Below, in pieces: positions 48,932 through 60,368 of a stretch of 64,000 nt of DNA; positions within the stretch are counted from its first letter, which is position 1, and every line of letters starts with the position of its first letter. The notes under the pieces are model-generated. The model made no database searches and had not been told where the DNA came from. It saw only the letters and a list, made by a program, of their open reading frames with translations. Source of the DNA: Deferribacterales bacterium. GTDB taxonomy: Bacteria > Chrysiogenota > Deferribacteres > Deferribacterales > Geovibrionaceae. Location: contig JBFWMA010000004.1 of the NCBI GenBank assembly GCA_050251875.1, forward strand, positions 96,001 through 160,000. The letters run 5' to 3'. The position numbers were made by a program, and so were the translations under genes.

Positions 48932-49603
48932 ATGAGCGAAAACGAGACAAAAGAACAGGACACGAAAGAGCAGATAACAGGCGAAAAGCCGAAGAAGGAC
49001 TCATTCCTCGACTCCCTTATAGTGGCGGTGGTTATCGCCATGATAATCAAGGGGATTCTGCTCCAGACATATACCATTCCGTCTGAATCCATGGTGGGAA
49101 CTCTGCTGAAAGGCGACTTTATTCTGCTGAACCGTCTGGCTTACACATTCAGCGAGCCCAAAAGGGGCGATGTCGTTGTGTTCGAATATCCTCTCGACCC
49201 CTCAAAAGATTTTATCAAACGTGTGATCGGAGCCCCCGGCGACAGGATCATGATGAAAGATAAAGTCGTTTATGTGAACGGAGTGGAGCAGGAAGAGATT
49301 TATAAAAAGACCAACGGCATGATGTCCATGCCCGAGAGCATGACCATAAAGGACAACTTCTCCGAGTTCACAGTGCCGGCTGGAAAATATTTTATGATGG
49401 GCGACAACAGAGACAACAGCTATGACAGCCGTTTCTGGGGTTTTGTGGACGAGAGCAAGGTGAAGGGCAGGGCTGTGATGATCTACTGGTCGCTGGACAC
49501 TCCCCAATACAATTCGGCATGGGCTAAGTTTCCCCTGAGCATGCTGAGATTTCTCAATCCGAAATATGACAGGTTTGAAAGGTTCTTTAAACCTATAAAA
49601 TAA
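48932..49603 (+). CDS. lepB: Signal peptidase I
   Basis: IPSESMVGTL, FIKRVIG, MGDNRDNSYDSRFWG. Confidence 0.96.
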   Translation: MSENETKEQDTKEQITGEKPKKDSFLDSLIVAVVIAMIIKGILLQTYTIPSESMVGTLLKGDFILLNRLAYTFSEPKRGDVVVFEYPLDPSKDFIKRVIGAPGDRIMMKDKVVYVNGVEQEEIYKKTNGMMSMPESMTIKDNFSEFTVPAGKYFMMGDNRDNSYDSRFWGFVDESKVKGRAVMIYWSLDTPQYNSAWAKFPLSMLRFLNPKYDRFERFFKPIK

Positions 49604-49670
49604 TCCGGAAGAAACACTGTAATTGAAATAATCTTCTTTGTATGTAATAATTATATAATTCAGAAATAAG

Positions 49671-50393
49671 GTGAAAACCGTGAATCTCAAATATAACACA
49701 ATTCTTCTCAAACTCAGCGGAGAAGCCCTTATGGGCGAGTCCGAATACGGCATCGATTTTAATACCGCAAGTTTTATAGTTAACGAAATTAAAGAAGTAG
49801 TGGAGATGGGCGTTCGTGTCGGCGTGGTTGTCGGCGGGGGCAACATCTTCAGAGGGATACAGGGCACAGCCCGGAATATGGACAGGGTGACAGCGGACTA
49901 CATGGGAATGCTGGCGACCGTTATCAACTCTCTGGCTCTTCAGGACGGACTGGAAAAGGTGGGCGTTCCCACCAGAGTTCAGACATCTATCGAGATGCGC
50001 CAGATAGCGGAGCCTTTCATCAGACGCCGTGCTATGCGCCATCTGGAAAAGAGCAGGGTGGTTATATTCGCAGCCGGAACCGGAAACCCCTATTTCACAA
50101 CTGACACAGCCGCCACACTCAGAGGCACGGAGATAAACGCGCAGGTGATTCTGAAAGCGACCAAAGTAGACGGAGTATATACCGCTGATCCTAAAAAGGA
50201 CAAAAACGCCGTTAAGTTCGACACCATCCCCTATCTGGACGTGCTGAACAAAGGGCTTCAGGTGATGGACTCCACAGCTATTACCATGTGTATGGACAAT
50301 AAGATACCGATTATCGTTTTTGATATATACGGCAAAGGGAACATGAAGAGACTTGTTCTCGGCGAAAAAGTAGGAACCATAGTGGAGGGATAA
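49671..50393 (+). CDS. pyrH: UMP kinase
   Basis: [28 protein letters not shown]. Confidence 0.98.
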   Translation: MKTVNLKYNTILLKLSGEALMGESEYGIDFNTASFIVNEIKEVVEMGVRVGVVVGGGNIFRGIQGTARNMDRVTADYMGMLATVINSLALQDGLEKVGVPTRVQTSIEMRQIAEPFIRRRAMRHLEKSRVVIFAAGTGNPYFTTDTAATLRGTEINAQVILKATKVDGVYTADPKKDKNAVKFDTIPYLDVLNKGLQVMDSTAITMCMDNKIPIIVFDIYGKGNMKRLVLGEKVGTIVEG

Positions 50394-50397
50394 GACA

Positions 50398-50955
50398 ATG
50401 GCAGCAACTGTTATGCAGGAAACAAAAGAAAAGATGGAGAAAACCATTCATCATTATAAAGAGGAACTCAAAAGCATCCGCACAGGCAGAGCCTCCATCG
50501 CCATGATGGACAATGTGAAGGTGGACTACTACGGAACACCCACACCCCTGTCCGGCGTTGCCACACTCAGCGCCCCAGAACCCAGACTGATAACCATCGC
50601 CCCATGGGACGCCAGCATGATAGCTCCCATAGAAAAAGCTATCCTGAACGCCAACATGGGCTTTAACCCGTCCAATGACGGAAAGATAATCCGCATCCCC
50701 GTGCCCCAGCTCACAGAGGAACGCAGAAAAGAGTTCGTGAAACATGTGAAAAAGATGGCAGAGGATACAAAAGTAGCCGTGCGCAACCTGAGACGTGAGG
50801 CGAACGACAGAATCAAAAAGCTGGAAAAAGATAAAGAGATATCTGAAGACGATTCTAAGAAATTCCTCGATCAGATCCAGCATGTCACAGACGACTACAT
50901 CAAAAACGTGGACACAGTGACAGAGGCAAAAGAAAAAGAGATCATGGAGATATAG
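50398..50955 (+). CDS. frr: Ribosome recycling factor
   Basis: IRTGRA, VDYYG, LTEERRKE, VRNLRR. Confidence 0.98.
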   Translation: MAATVMQETKEKMEKTIHHYKEELKSIRTGRASIAMMDNVKVDYYGTPTPLSGVATLSAPEPRLITIAPWDASMIAPIEKAILNANMGFNPSNDGKIIRIPVPQLTEERRKEFVKHVKKMAEDTKVAVRNLRREANDRIKKLEKDKEISEDDSKKFLDQIQHVTDDYIKNVDTVTEAKEKEIMEI

Positions 50956-51689
50956 TGACCGACCTGACGATCCCCAAGCATCTGGCCGTGATAATGGACG
51001 GCAACGGGCGTTGGGCGAAGTCCAGAGGACTCCCCAGAGTTTTCGGACACAAGAAAGGCGCCGAGGTTGTCAACGATGTGGTGAAATACTGCTCCGGATG
51101 CGGCGTCAAATATCTCACGCTTTATACATTTTCCACCGAAAACTGGCTGCGTCCGAAAGACGAGGTCAGCTTTCTGATGGATCTGCTGAATAAATACCTC
51201 GAGAAAGAGGTGGAGGAGATGGACAGGAACAACATCCGTCTGCTCGTCTCCGGCAGGCTGAACATGCTTCCGGAGAGCTCCAGAAAACTGATAGACAGTT
51301 CCGTTTCCAAACTGTCCGGCAACACGGGCATGGTGCTAAATCTGGCGCTGAGCTACGGCGGCAGGGGAGAGATAGCGGACGCTGTGAAGATAATAGCCGA
51401 GAGAGTCCGTTCCGGGGAGATAAATCCTCAGGACATAGACGAGGCTCTGCTGGCGGAGAATCTATACAATCCTGAGGTGCCGGACACGGATCTCATCATC
51501 AGGACCGGCGGGGAACGCCGCATCAGCAATTTTATGCTGTGGCGGGCGGCTTACGGGGAGTTTTATTTCACTGACTGCCTGTGGCCTGATTTCAACAGTG
51601 AAGAGCTGGACAAAGCATTCGCCGATTTTTCCGGCAGAGTGCGCAGATTCGGCATGACAGACGAACAGGTGAGCAAAGAACGTGGGTGA
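50955..51689 (+). CDS. uppS: Undecaprenyl diphosphate synthase
   Basis: HLAVIMDGNGRWA, FSTENW, IRTGGERRISNF. Confidence 0.97.
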   Translation: MTDLTIPKHLAVIMDGNGRWAKSRGLPRVFGHKKGAEVVNDVVKYCSGCGVKYLTLYTFSTENWLRPKDEVSFLMDLLNKYLEKEVEEMDRNNIRLLVSGRLNMLPESSRKLIDSSVSKLSGNTGMVLNLALSYGGRGEIADAVKIIAERVRSGEINPQDIDEALLAENLYNPEVPDTDLIIRTGGERRISNFMLWRAAYGEFYFTDCLWPDFNSEELDKAFADFSGRVRRFGMTDEQVSKERG

Positions 51690-52476
51690 CAGAAACAAAC
51701 GTATCCTGACAGCGCTTATAGCGATTCCTCCTATAATCGCCTACATCATATATTTTGACGATTTCGGCTTTTTTCTGGCTGTGCTTCTGCTGATACTTCT
51801 CAGTGTCAGAGAATTTGTGGCGATGCTTGAGTGTGCCGGAATCAAGGTTATGAATTGGCCGACATATTTCGGCTCTATCTGCCTTCCTTACGGAATCTAT
51901 ACGGCGGACGTGCGGTTTTTCTCCGGCGCCCTGCTTCTGACTGCTGTTCTGACTATGAGCTCTAAGCTCTTCTCCGAAGAACCGCTGAAAGACACGTTTG
52001 ATTCCATCGGAGGAACGCTGATAGCGGTGCTCTATGCCCCGCTTATGTTCTCCTTTCTGGTGCTGCTCAGAAAACTGGGCGTGCACTATATCTTCCTGCT
52101 CTGTATCCTGATATGGATGAGCGACACAGCCGCCTATTTCATAGGGTGCAGGTTCGGCAGACGCAAGCTGTATGAGAAAATCAGCCCGAAAAAGAGCGTT
52201 GAGGGCGCCATAGCCGCATATGTGGGCGGTGTGGGCGCCGGTCTGATATATTCATCTTTCTTTCTGGATATCCCCATGGCGCATGCCGCCGCCGCATGCA
52301 CATTTGTTGTGACAGCGGGCATAGTGGGCGATCTGGTGGAATCCATGTTCAAACGCAGGGCAAAGATAAAAGACTCAGGAAGCCTCATCCCGGGGCACGG
52401 AGGCATACTGGACAGGGTGGATTCTCTGCTGTTCGGCGCTCCGGTACTCTATCTATATATAAGCTATTTCGTGTAA
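51682..52476 (+). CDS. cdsA: Phosphatidate cytidylyltransferase
   Basis: ISPKKSVEG, GDLVESMFKR..IKDSGSLIPGHGGILDRVDS. Confidence 0.97.
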   Translation: MGDRNKRILTALIAIPPIIAYIIYFDDFGFFLAVLLLILLSVREFVAMLECAGIKVMNWPTYFGSICLPYGIYTADVRFFSGALLLTAVLTMSSKLFSEEPLKDTFDSIGGTLIAVLYAPLMFSFLVLLRKLGVHYIFLLCILIWMSDTAAYFIGCRFGRRKLYEKISPKKSVEGAIAAYVGGVGAGLIYSSFFLDIPMAHAAAACTFVVTAGIVGDLVESMFKRRAKIKDSGSLIPGHGGILDRVDSLLFGAPVLYLYISYFV

Positions 52477-52477
52477 T

Positions 52478-53593
52478 ATGAAAAAAATAGGCATAATAGG
52501 CTCCACAGGTTCCATCGGCACACAGGCTCTGGATGTCGTCAGACGCAATCCCGAGATGTTCGAGGTGGTCTTCTTAAGCTGTCACGGAAACGTTGAACTG
52601 CTTAAGAAACAGTATGAGGAGTTCAAGCCGAAATTCATCTGCTCTGCCGAAGGCTGTCACGAAAAAAAGACATCCGTAAGCGACATAATCAATAATGAAG
52701 ATCTGGACATTGTGCTTCTGGCGGCGGTGGGCGCGGCAGGCGCAGTATATGCCTTCGACACCGTGAAGAGGGGCATTTCTCTGGCTCTGGCTAATAAAGA
52801 GTCCATAGTGGCGTCCGGCAGGCTTCTGCTCGATCTGGCGAAGAAGACCGGGGCGAGGATAATCCCCGTGGATTCCGAGCATTCCGCCATCTTTCAGTGT
52901 CTGGAAGGGCACGATAAAAAATTTCTGGAAAAGATAACGCTCACAGCCAGCGGCGGCGCTTTCCGCAACACTCCGGTGGACGCTATGGAATACGTCACTC
53001 TGTCGCAGGCGCTGACCCATCCTAACTGGTCTATGGGCAGCAAGATTACGGTGGACAGCTCCACCATGATGAACAAGGGGCTGGAGCTTATCGAAGCGAG
53101 ATTTCTGTTCGATGTGGAACCGGACAAGCTGGATGTTGTTATACATCCTCAGTCCGTGGTTCACTCTTTCGTTTCATATAAAGACGGCAGCATGATAGCC
53201 CAGATGGGGCATCCGGACATGCGCACGCCCATAGCCTATGCCCTGGCGTATCCCGGCAGAATAGACAGCGGTGTAAAACCTCTGAATCTGGCGGAAGCCG
53301 GGTGTCTGACTTTCTATGAGCCGGACATGACGAAATATCCATGTCTTCAGACCGCCATTGAGGTATTGAAAAAAGATAGAAACGCTCCTATGATAGTCAT
53401 GAACGCCGCCAACGAGATAGCCGTTTCCGAGTTTATCCTCGGAAAAATCAGATTTTCTGATATTTCATGTGTGATAAATGACGTTCTCGATTGTCTATCT
53501 CCCAGAGAGCCCGAATGTTTTGACGATGTTCTGGCTGTGGACGGTGAAAGCAGGGCGATAGCCCGAAAAGTTGTTACGAGGTACAATATATAA
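52478..53593 (+). CDS. dxr: 1-deoxy-D-xylulose 5-phosphate reductoisomerase
   Basis: GSTGSIG, LANKES, PVDSEH, HPNWSMG, MNKGLE. Confidence 0.98.
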   Translation: MKKIGIIGSTGSIGTQALDVVRRNPEMFEVVFLSCHGNVELLKKQYEEFKPKFICSAEGCHEKKTSVSDIINNEDLDIVLLAAVGAAGAVYAFDTVKRGISLALANKESIVASGRLLLDLAKKTGARIIPVDSEHSAIFQCLEGHDKKFLEKITLTASGGAFRNTPVDAMEYVTLSQALTHPNWSMGSKITVDSSTMMNKGLELIEARFLFDVEPDKLDVVIHPQSVVHSFVSYKDGSMIAQMGHPDMRTPIAYALAYPGRIDSGVKPLNLAEAGCLTFYEPDMTKYPCLQTAIEVLKKDRNAPMIVMNAANEIAVSEFILGKIRFSDISCVINDVLDCLSPREPECFDDVLAVDGESRAIARKVVTRYNI

Positions 53594-54648
53594 TGGGAAT
53601 CATATCCGCGGTCATCCTTCTGGGTGTGCTGATATTCATACACGAGCTCGGGCATTTTCTTCTGGCAAAAAGCAGAGGCGTTCTGGTGGAACGTTTTTCC
53701 ATCGGTTTCGGACCAGTCATATATAAATGGACAAGGGGCGAGACGGAATACGCCCTGTCTGCCATTCCGCTCGGCGGATATGTGAAGATGTACGGAGAAC
53801 AGCCGGACGCCGAGGTAGACCCGGAGCTGGCGAGCCGTTCCTTCTCCAACAAATCCGTTTTCTCCAGATTTCTGATAGTGGCTGCCGGACCTTTCTTCAA
53901 CTTTATTCTGGCAGTGTTCATATATTCAGTCATTTTCATGGCAGGCACCCCCCGTTTTCTGGCGGATGTGGGCGATGTCGCTCCGGATTCCGCCGCCTCC
54001 GTTGCAGGAGTCATGAAGGGCGACATGATAAAGTCCATAGACGGAATAGATATGAAGTTCTGGGACGATATGACCGCCTATGTTCAGGAACACGGCGGAA
54101 AACCGCTTCATTTTGTCATAGACAGAGGCGGAAAAGACATAGAGCTGACTATCACTCCTATGCTTGTTAAGGACAAGAACCTTTTCGGCGAGGATATAGA
54201 GATCGGACGAGTGGGCATCGTCAGGGGCGAACGAAGCGTTATTGAGCGTGAAAACCCTCTGAAAGCTGTCTACAGCGGTTTCGAGCAGACATACAGAATA
54301 TCCGAGATGATGGTTATAGGAATAGTAAAACTGTTTCAGAAGGCTGTCCCCGCTGACTCCATCGGCGGACCAATCATGATAGTCAAGATGGCGAAAGACT
54401 CAGCGGAAACAGGTTTTCTGAGCTTTTTCAGCTTTATGGCTGTCATCAGCATCAACCTCGGTATACTCAACCTTCTCCCCATCCCCGTTTTGGACGGCGG
54501 ACACATCCTTTTCCTCATTATAGAGACCATAACACGCAGACCCGTCAGCATCCGGGTGAGAGAAATCTCCAATATGTTCGGCATGGCGTTTCTGTTTTTT
54601 GTTATGTTTTTCGCTTTCTATAATGATATCACAAGATTTTTTAAATAA
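53593..54648 (+). CDS. rseP: RIP metalloprotease RseP
   Basis: HELGH, PLGGYVKM, PDZ domain, NLLPIPVLDGG. Confidence 0.97.
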   Translation: MGIISAVILLGVLIFIHELGHFLLAKSRGVLVERFSIGFGPVIYKWTRGETEYALSAIPLGGYVKMYGEQPDAEVDPELASRSFSNKSVFSRFLIVAAGPFFNFILAVFIYSVIFMAGTPRFLADVGDVAPDSAASVAGVMKGDMIKSIDGIDMKFWDDMTAYVQEHGGKPLHFVIDRGGKDIELTITPMLVKDKNLFGEDIEIGRVGIVRGERSVIERENPLKAVYSGFEQTYRISEMMVIGIVKLFQKAVPADSIGGPIMIVKMAKDSAETGFLSFFSFMAVISINLGILNLLPIPVLDGGHILFLIIETITRRPVSIRVREISNMFGMAFLFFVMFFAFYNDITRFFK

Positions 54649-54708
54649 TTTTTAATCTCTCTTATCAGTAGTTTAGCCGCGATTGTAAGTTTTTTTTAAT
54701 TTTTCCTC

Positions 54709-54736
54709 TAAAGATATGTTTTGATTATGCCGAAAA
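54709..54736 (+). promoter_or_regulatory. sigma28 (FliA) promoter of flagellin
   Basis: TAAA-N16-GCCGAAAA. Confidence 0.75.
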
Positions 54737-54742
54737 GAATAC

Positions 54743-54758
54743 TGCGCAGGGATGCGCA
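54743..54758 (+). promoter_or_regulatory. CsrA-type binding hairpin in the flagellin leader
   Basis: TGCGCA-GGGA-TGCGCA with GGA in the loop; second GGA site in the SD (CAAGGAGG). Confidence 0.65.
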
Positions 54759-54790
54759 TGACCTCTATTGAAACAATCAAGGAGGATAGA

Positions 54791-57196
54791 ATGGCACTTA
54801 CAGTCTATCAAAACGTTGCATCTTTGAACTCACAAAGATACTTGGGTATCAACCAGACAGCGATGTCCACATCGATCGAAAGACTCTCATCAGGTCTTCG
54901 CATTAACCACGCCGCAGACGACGCATCAGGTCTTGCAATATCAGAGAAATTAAGAGGTCAAATTACCGGTCTCGAACGCGCTTCTATGAACGCGCAGGAC
55001 GGTATCTCTATGCTGCAAACTGCTGAAGGCGCTCTCGACGAAGTCAGCTCCATGCTCCAGAGGATGCGTGAGCTCGCTGTACAGGCCGCAAACGGCACCT
55101 ACACATCTAATGACAGAACAGAGATCCAGAAAGAGGTTGAACAGCTGAAAGCAGAGATCGACAGAATCTCCACAGCGACTGAGTTCAACACCAAAAAACT
55201 CCTGAACGGAGACGGAACAGCTCTGTGGTCATCAAGCTCCAGCAATATCGAAGCAATAATCAGAGACGAGGTAGCCGAAGGCAACTACAAGATCACTCTT
55301 GAAACAGTAGCCGGCGACAACCAGGTCTACAAAACAGACATTATGACACTGAACGATGATGTCATCGGTACAGAGATAGTGACAGCGGGCGGAGACGTCA
55401 ACGACACTAACGTTGCCAGCGTATCAGACGCGGCTTCTCTTGCCGCATCAGGCAGCAGCTACTATACAGTGACAGTGGGCGACATCACAGCCGCCGGCAC
55501 AGCATCTGTTGAGACAGTGGGATCATACCTCCAGTCAGGTTCTATGTTCTCAGTGTCCAGCGCATCTGTGACAACAACAGTCGCAAGCTCAGGTTATTTT
55601 GAAGTAAAATTCACAGATAACATAACATCAGCTTCCAGCACCGCTGTAGCATATTCAGCCATGGTAAGATACATTGACGCTTCCACAGGCTGGACAGGCG
55701 AATGGGTACAGGTTGATGTATCATCAAGCGGTACAATCGTTTCCATAGATTCAGCATCCGCTACTATGGCTAACCTTATAAACTCCGCAGGTTCTTCACT
55801 GGCGTTCAACCTTGACATAGCCATCGGAAGCAGCGGTTCTGTACAGGACGGCGATAAAGTGCTTCTGGCTGTCACAGGCGCCACAGACGTTGCCGCTGTT
55901 GACATAGCCTCATCAGGCGGCGGTACCATCAAAATAACAGGCGGACCTCTGTCTCAGAACGGTCCCACTATCCACTATACCGCTATCAACAGCCTTACCA
56001 ACCCTGATAACGGCGACTATTTCGTGGATACAACAGATGTTGAAGTGTACTACGCTACAATCAACTCCGACACAGGTAACCTTGACATAGGTTCTCTTGT
56101 AATCAACTTTAAAGAAACAGACAACCTCGGCACAGGATCAGCGGGTATGACTATGACAGGCGATTTCAGCCTGAAAGTCACAGGAGCAGGCGAAGCCGCC
56201 GCTTCCACAACCAAGCTGAAAGACATATCTGTCTTCACAGATTCAGACGGAAACAACCTGTTCGACAACAAACAGGAACTGACTATCTGGGGTAACGGAA
56301 CATCCGCCACCATCTATCTGGAAGCAGACGACACTATAGCAGATCTTGAAGAAAAACTTACTAACGCCATAGTAAACGACCTTGGAATGGGATCAGACAA
56401 CAACACCGTGAACAGCCACCTGGTGGACTATGTCTCCGTGGCAACATCATCAGGCGACCAGTCTGTTGAAGGTACATTCATCATCCAGACAGCCCTCACA
56501 GGCGAGCAGGGTGAGATAGCCTTCTCCGGTGACGAAGACCTGATCAACGCTCTCAGCCTGAACGTTATTCAGGAAGCAGAGAACAACACAACAAAAGTGA
56601 CCGTATATGACGCCCACACAGGCGAGCTGATCGGAACAGACGAAACAGGCAACGACAGAGTATACGGAATCATCGATGGTGTTGAGATTGTTCTGGACTC
56701 CAGAGCGGGTGTCAACGAATCATGGGACGACGTTAACAGCAATGTGGTTTTCAGCACAAATGAAGATGTTGCTAACGAGCAATATTTCCTCCACATAGTT
56801 GACAATTCCACAGACCTTCAGATCGGAGCCAACGCCGGACAGACACTGGCAGTGAGCATTCCTCAGCTTGATGTTACCGGTCTCGGTCTGGACAACCTTA
56901 CACTCGTGTCACAGGAACTGGCTCAGGCAGCTATTCCGGACATAGACGCCGCTATCGACATGGTGGTAAGCGTCAGAGCGACCATAGGCGCCCAGGTAAA
57001 CAGACTCGAATACACAATCAACAACCTTGACACAGCCAACGAAAACATGACAGCGGCTGAATCAAGGATCAGAGACCTTGATATGGCTGAAGAAATGTCA
57101 ACTTACACCCAGTATCAGGTTCTGACACAGGCAGGTATATCAATGCTGGCTCAGGCCAACTCTGTACCTCAGATGGCTCTTCAGCTTCTTCAGTAA
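54791..57196 (+). CDS. fliC: Flagellin (801 aa)
   Basis: ERLSSGLRINHAADDASGLAI...QDGIS; C-terminal AESRIRDLDMAEE...QAN; GGAGG RBS. Confidence 0.97.
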   Translation: MALTVYQNVASLNSQRYLGINQTAMSTSIERLSSGLRINHAADDASGLAISEKLRGQITGLERASMNAQDGISMLQTAEGALDEVSSMLQRMRELAVQAANGTYTSNDRTEIQKEVEQLKAEIDRISTATEFNTKKLLNGDGTALWSSSSSNIEAIIRDEVAEGNYKITLETVAGDNQVYKTDIMTLNDDVIGTEIVTAGGDVNDTNVASVSDAASLAASGSSYYTVTVGDITAAGTASVETVGSYLQSGSMFSVSSASVTTTVASSGYFEVKFTDNITSASSTAVAYSAMVRYIDASTGWTGEWVQVDVSSSGTIVSIDSASATMANLINSAGSSLAFNLDIAIGSSGSVQDGDKVLLAVTGATDVAAVDIASSGGGTIKITGGPLSQNGPTIHYTAINSLTNPDNGDYFVDTTDVEVYYATINSDTGNLDIGSLVINFKETDNLGTGSAGMTMTGDFSLKVTGAGEAAASTTKLKDISVFTDSDGNNLFDNKQELTIWGNGTSATIYLEADDTIADLEEKLTNAIVNDLGMGSDNNTVNSHLVDYVSVATSSGDQSVEGTFIIQTALTGEQGEIAFSGDEDLINALSLNVIQEAENNTTKVTVYDAHTGELIGTDETGNDRVYGIIDGVEIVLDSRAGVNESWDDVNSNVVFSTNEDVANEQYFLHIVDNSTDLQIGANAGQTLAVSIPQLDVTGLGLDNLTLVSQELAQAAIPDIDAAIDMVVSVRATIGAQVNRLEYTINNLDTANENMTAAESRIRDLDMAEEMSTYTQYQVLTQAGISMLAQANSVPQMALQLLQ

Positions 57197-57233
57197 GGAT
57201 GAGCTAATATAATTTACCAGGGAGGGTATAACT

Positions 57234-57401
57234 ATGGCTGCTATGAGTGTACCGAAAAAGGATAATAATAAATCTCAGATGGATCAGCTTCAGGAAATAC
57301 TTAAGGAGATGTTCCAGTCAAACTTCTATGGATCAGTCGAAGTAAAATTCGAGGCAGGAAGAGTGACTATCATCCGTAAGACAGAATCAGTGAAGCTGTA
57401 A
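57234..57401 (+). CDS. Small DUF2292/YezD-like protein (55 aa, below the ORF-track cutoff)
   Basis: GGAGG RBS; FYGSVEVKFEAGRVTIIRKTESVKL*. Confidence 0.75.
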   Translation: MAAMSVPKKDNNKSQMDQLQEILKEMFQSNFYGSVEVKFEAGRVTIIRKTESVKL

Positions 57402-57426
57402 CAGCGATATAATATCAGATGTCTTG

Positions 57427-57457
57427 AGGGCGGGGAGATTCCCCGCCCTTGTTGTTT
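57427..57457 (+). terminator. Intrinsic terminator of the fliC transcript
   Basis: AGGGCGGGGA-GAT-TCCCCGCCCT followed by TGTTGTTT. Confidence 0.75.
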
Positions 57458-57481
57458 ATATTGTATATCTGAAACCTATAG

Positions 57482-58504
<1,023 letters not shown>

Positions 58505-59668
58505 ATGTCATTTATTCCTTACGGCAGACAGAGCATAGACAAAGAAGATATAGAAGCGGTGGCGGAGGTTCTGCGGTCTGATTTTCTGACGACAGGACCA
58601 AAAGTGGCTGAGTTCGAGCAGGCGATCTGCTCCTATACCGGAGCGAAATACGCCGTGGCGGTGTCCAACGGCACTGCGGCTCTGCATCTGGCTTCTCTGG
58701 CTCTCCTTCAGGAGGGCGATAAAGTAATCACCACGCCCAACTCATTCGTTGCCACATCGAACGGAATACTCTATGCCGGCTGTGAGCCGGTCTTCTGCGA
58801 CATAGCCGATGACGGCAATATCGACCTCGACCTGTGCGGCGAGATGATAAAGAACGACAGATCCATCAAGGCGCTCTATGCCGTTCATTTCTCCGGCAAC
58901 CCCGTCAGCCAGCAAAAGCTGAAAGAGCTGAAAGAGACATACGGCATAAAAATTCTGGAAGACTGCGCCCATTCCATCGGCGCCAGAGACGGCGGAAAGA
59001 GAGCCGGAAGCTGTTATGCCTCTGACTGTTCCATTCTGTCGTTTCACCCGGTAAAACACCTTACAACGGGCGAGGGCGGCGCTGTCACCACCAATTCTAA
59101 AGAGATATACGACAAGGTAACGGCTCTGCGCAGCCACGGCATAGTCCGTGACGGGTTTACCGAAGACTCCATGGCTTATGACGAAAAGGGCAGTCATAAC
59201 CCATGGTATTACGAGATGCAGGAGCTGGGATACAATTACCGCATAACTGACATTCAGTGCGCTCTGGGGCTGTCACAGTTTAAGAAACTGGACGGGTTCA
59301 TAATGAGGCGTCATGACATAGCGAAAAAATACGACAGGGAGTTCGCCCACGGAATAGTGCGCCCGCTCTATGAGTTTGACATCAGGTCGTCATATCACCT
59401 TTATGTCGCCAGAACTGATTTCGACATAGCGGACATGAGCCGGGCGGAGTTCTTCATGAAGATGCGTGAGAAGAATATAGGGCTTCAGCTCCACTATATC
59501 CCCATAAACAAACAGCCTTATTATAAGTCGCTGGGATACGGCGGTGAACATACCCCCGCCATGGACAGCTATTACAGAGAGTGTTTCTCTCTGCCCATGT
59601 ATCCGGGGCTGACCGACACTGAACAGGACTATGTGATAGACGCTGTGAAGGAAATTCTTTATGGATAA
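58505..59668 (+). CDS. pseC: UDP-4-amino-4,6-dideoxy-AltNAc transaminase
   Basis: IPYGRQSI, SFHPVKHLTTGEGG, LGYNYRITD. Confidence 0.95.
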   Translation: MSFIPYGRQSIDKEDIEAVAEVLRSDFLTTGPKVAEFEQAICSYTGAKYAVAVSNGTAALHLASLALLQEGDKVITTPNSFVATSNGILYAGCEPVFCDIADDGNIDLDLCGEMIKNDRSIKALYAVHFSGNPVSQQKLKELKETYGIKILEDCAHSIGARDGGKRAGSCYASDCSILSFHPVKHLTTGEGGAVTTNSKEIYDKVTALRSHGIVRDGFTEDSMAYDEKGSHNPWYYEMQELGYNYRITDIQCALGLSQFKKLDGFIMRRHDIAKKYDREFAHGIVRPLYEFDIRSSYHLYVARTDFDIADMSRAEFFMKMREKNIGLQLHYIPINKQPYYKSLGYGGEHTPAMDSYYRECFSLPMYPGLTDTEQDYVIDAVKEILYG

Positions 59669-60368
59669 GGCGATAGCGGTTATCCCCGCCAGGGGCGGCA
59701 GCAAGCGCATACCACGGAAAAACATAAAAGATTTTCACGGAAAACCTCTGATAGCTTACTCCATTCAGGCGGCTCTGGACTGCGGAATGTTCGACAGGGT
59801 GGTGGTCTCCACAGATGATGAGGAGATAGCCGAAACCGCAAAGAAATACGGCGCCGAAGTGCCGTTCGTCAGACCGAAAGAGCTGGCGGATGATTTCACT
59901 GGTACGGCGGACGTGGTTAACCACGCCGTTGAGTTTTATGAGAAACAGGGCATAGTCTATGACTATGTCTGCACGATATATGCCACCGCTCCGTTCATCC
60001 GGGCGGAATATCTGGCGGAGGGCTATAAGCTGCTGAAAAACAGCGATGCCGTGAACGCTTTCTCCTGCGCCTCCATGCCTTTTCCGGTTCAGAGGACGTT
60101 CGCCATAACAGAAGACGGCAGAGCGGAGATGTTTCAGCCGGAGTGTTACTCCATGCGCAGTCAGGATCTGAAAGAGGCGTATCAGGACGCCGGACAGTTC
60201 TATTGGACGCACAGAAAGAGACAGAAAGAGCACACGGGCGAGGTGATGTTCAGCAGGGTGAGCATACCCGTTGTGATCCCCCGCTATCTGGTGCAGGACA
60301 TAGACACGCCGGAGGACTGGCAGAGAGCCGAGCTGATGTATGAGGTCATACAGAGAACGCATGGCTAA
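59661..60368 (+). CDS. pseF: Pseudaminic acid cytidylyltransferase
   Basis: IPARGGSKRIPRKNI, RSQDL, DAGQFYW, QDIDT. Confidence 0.95.
   Translation: MDKAIAVIPARGGSKRIPRKNIKDFHGKPLIAYSIQAALDCGMFDRVVVSTDDEEIAETAKKYGAEVPFVRPKELADDFTGTADVVNHAVEFYEKQGIVYDYVCTIYATAPFIRAEYLAEGYKLLKNSDAVNAFSCASMPFPVQRTFAITEDGRAEMFQPECYSMRSQDLKEAYQDAGQFYWTHRKRQKEHTGEVMFSRVSIPVVIPRYLVQDIDTPEDWQRAELMYEVIQRTHG

Noticed and set aside
49202..50883. Several 190-284 aa minus-strand ORFs
   Set aside because: Antisense to lepB, pyrH and frr; explained by codon bias.
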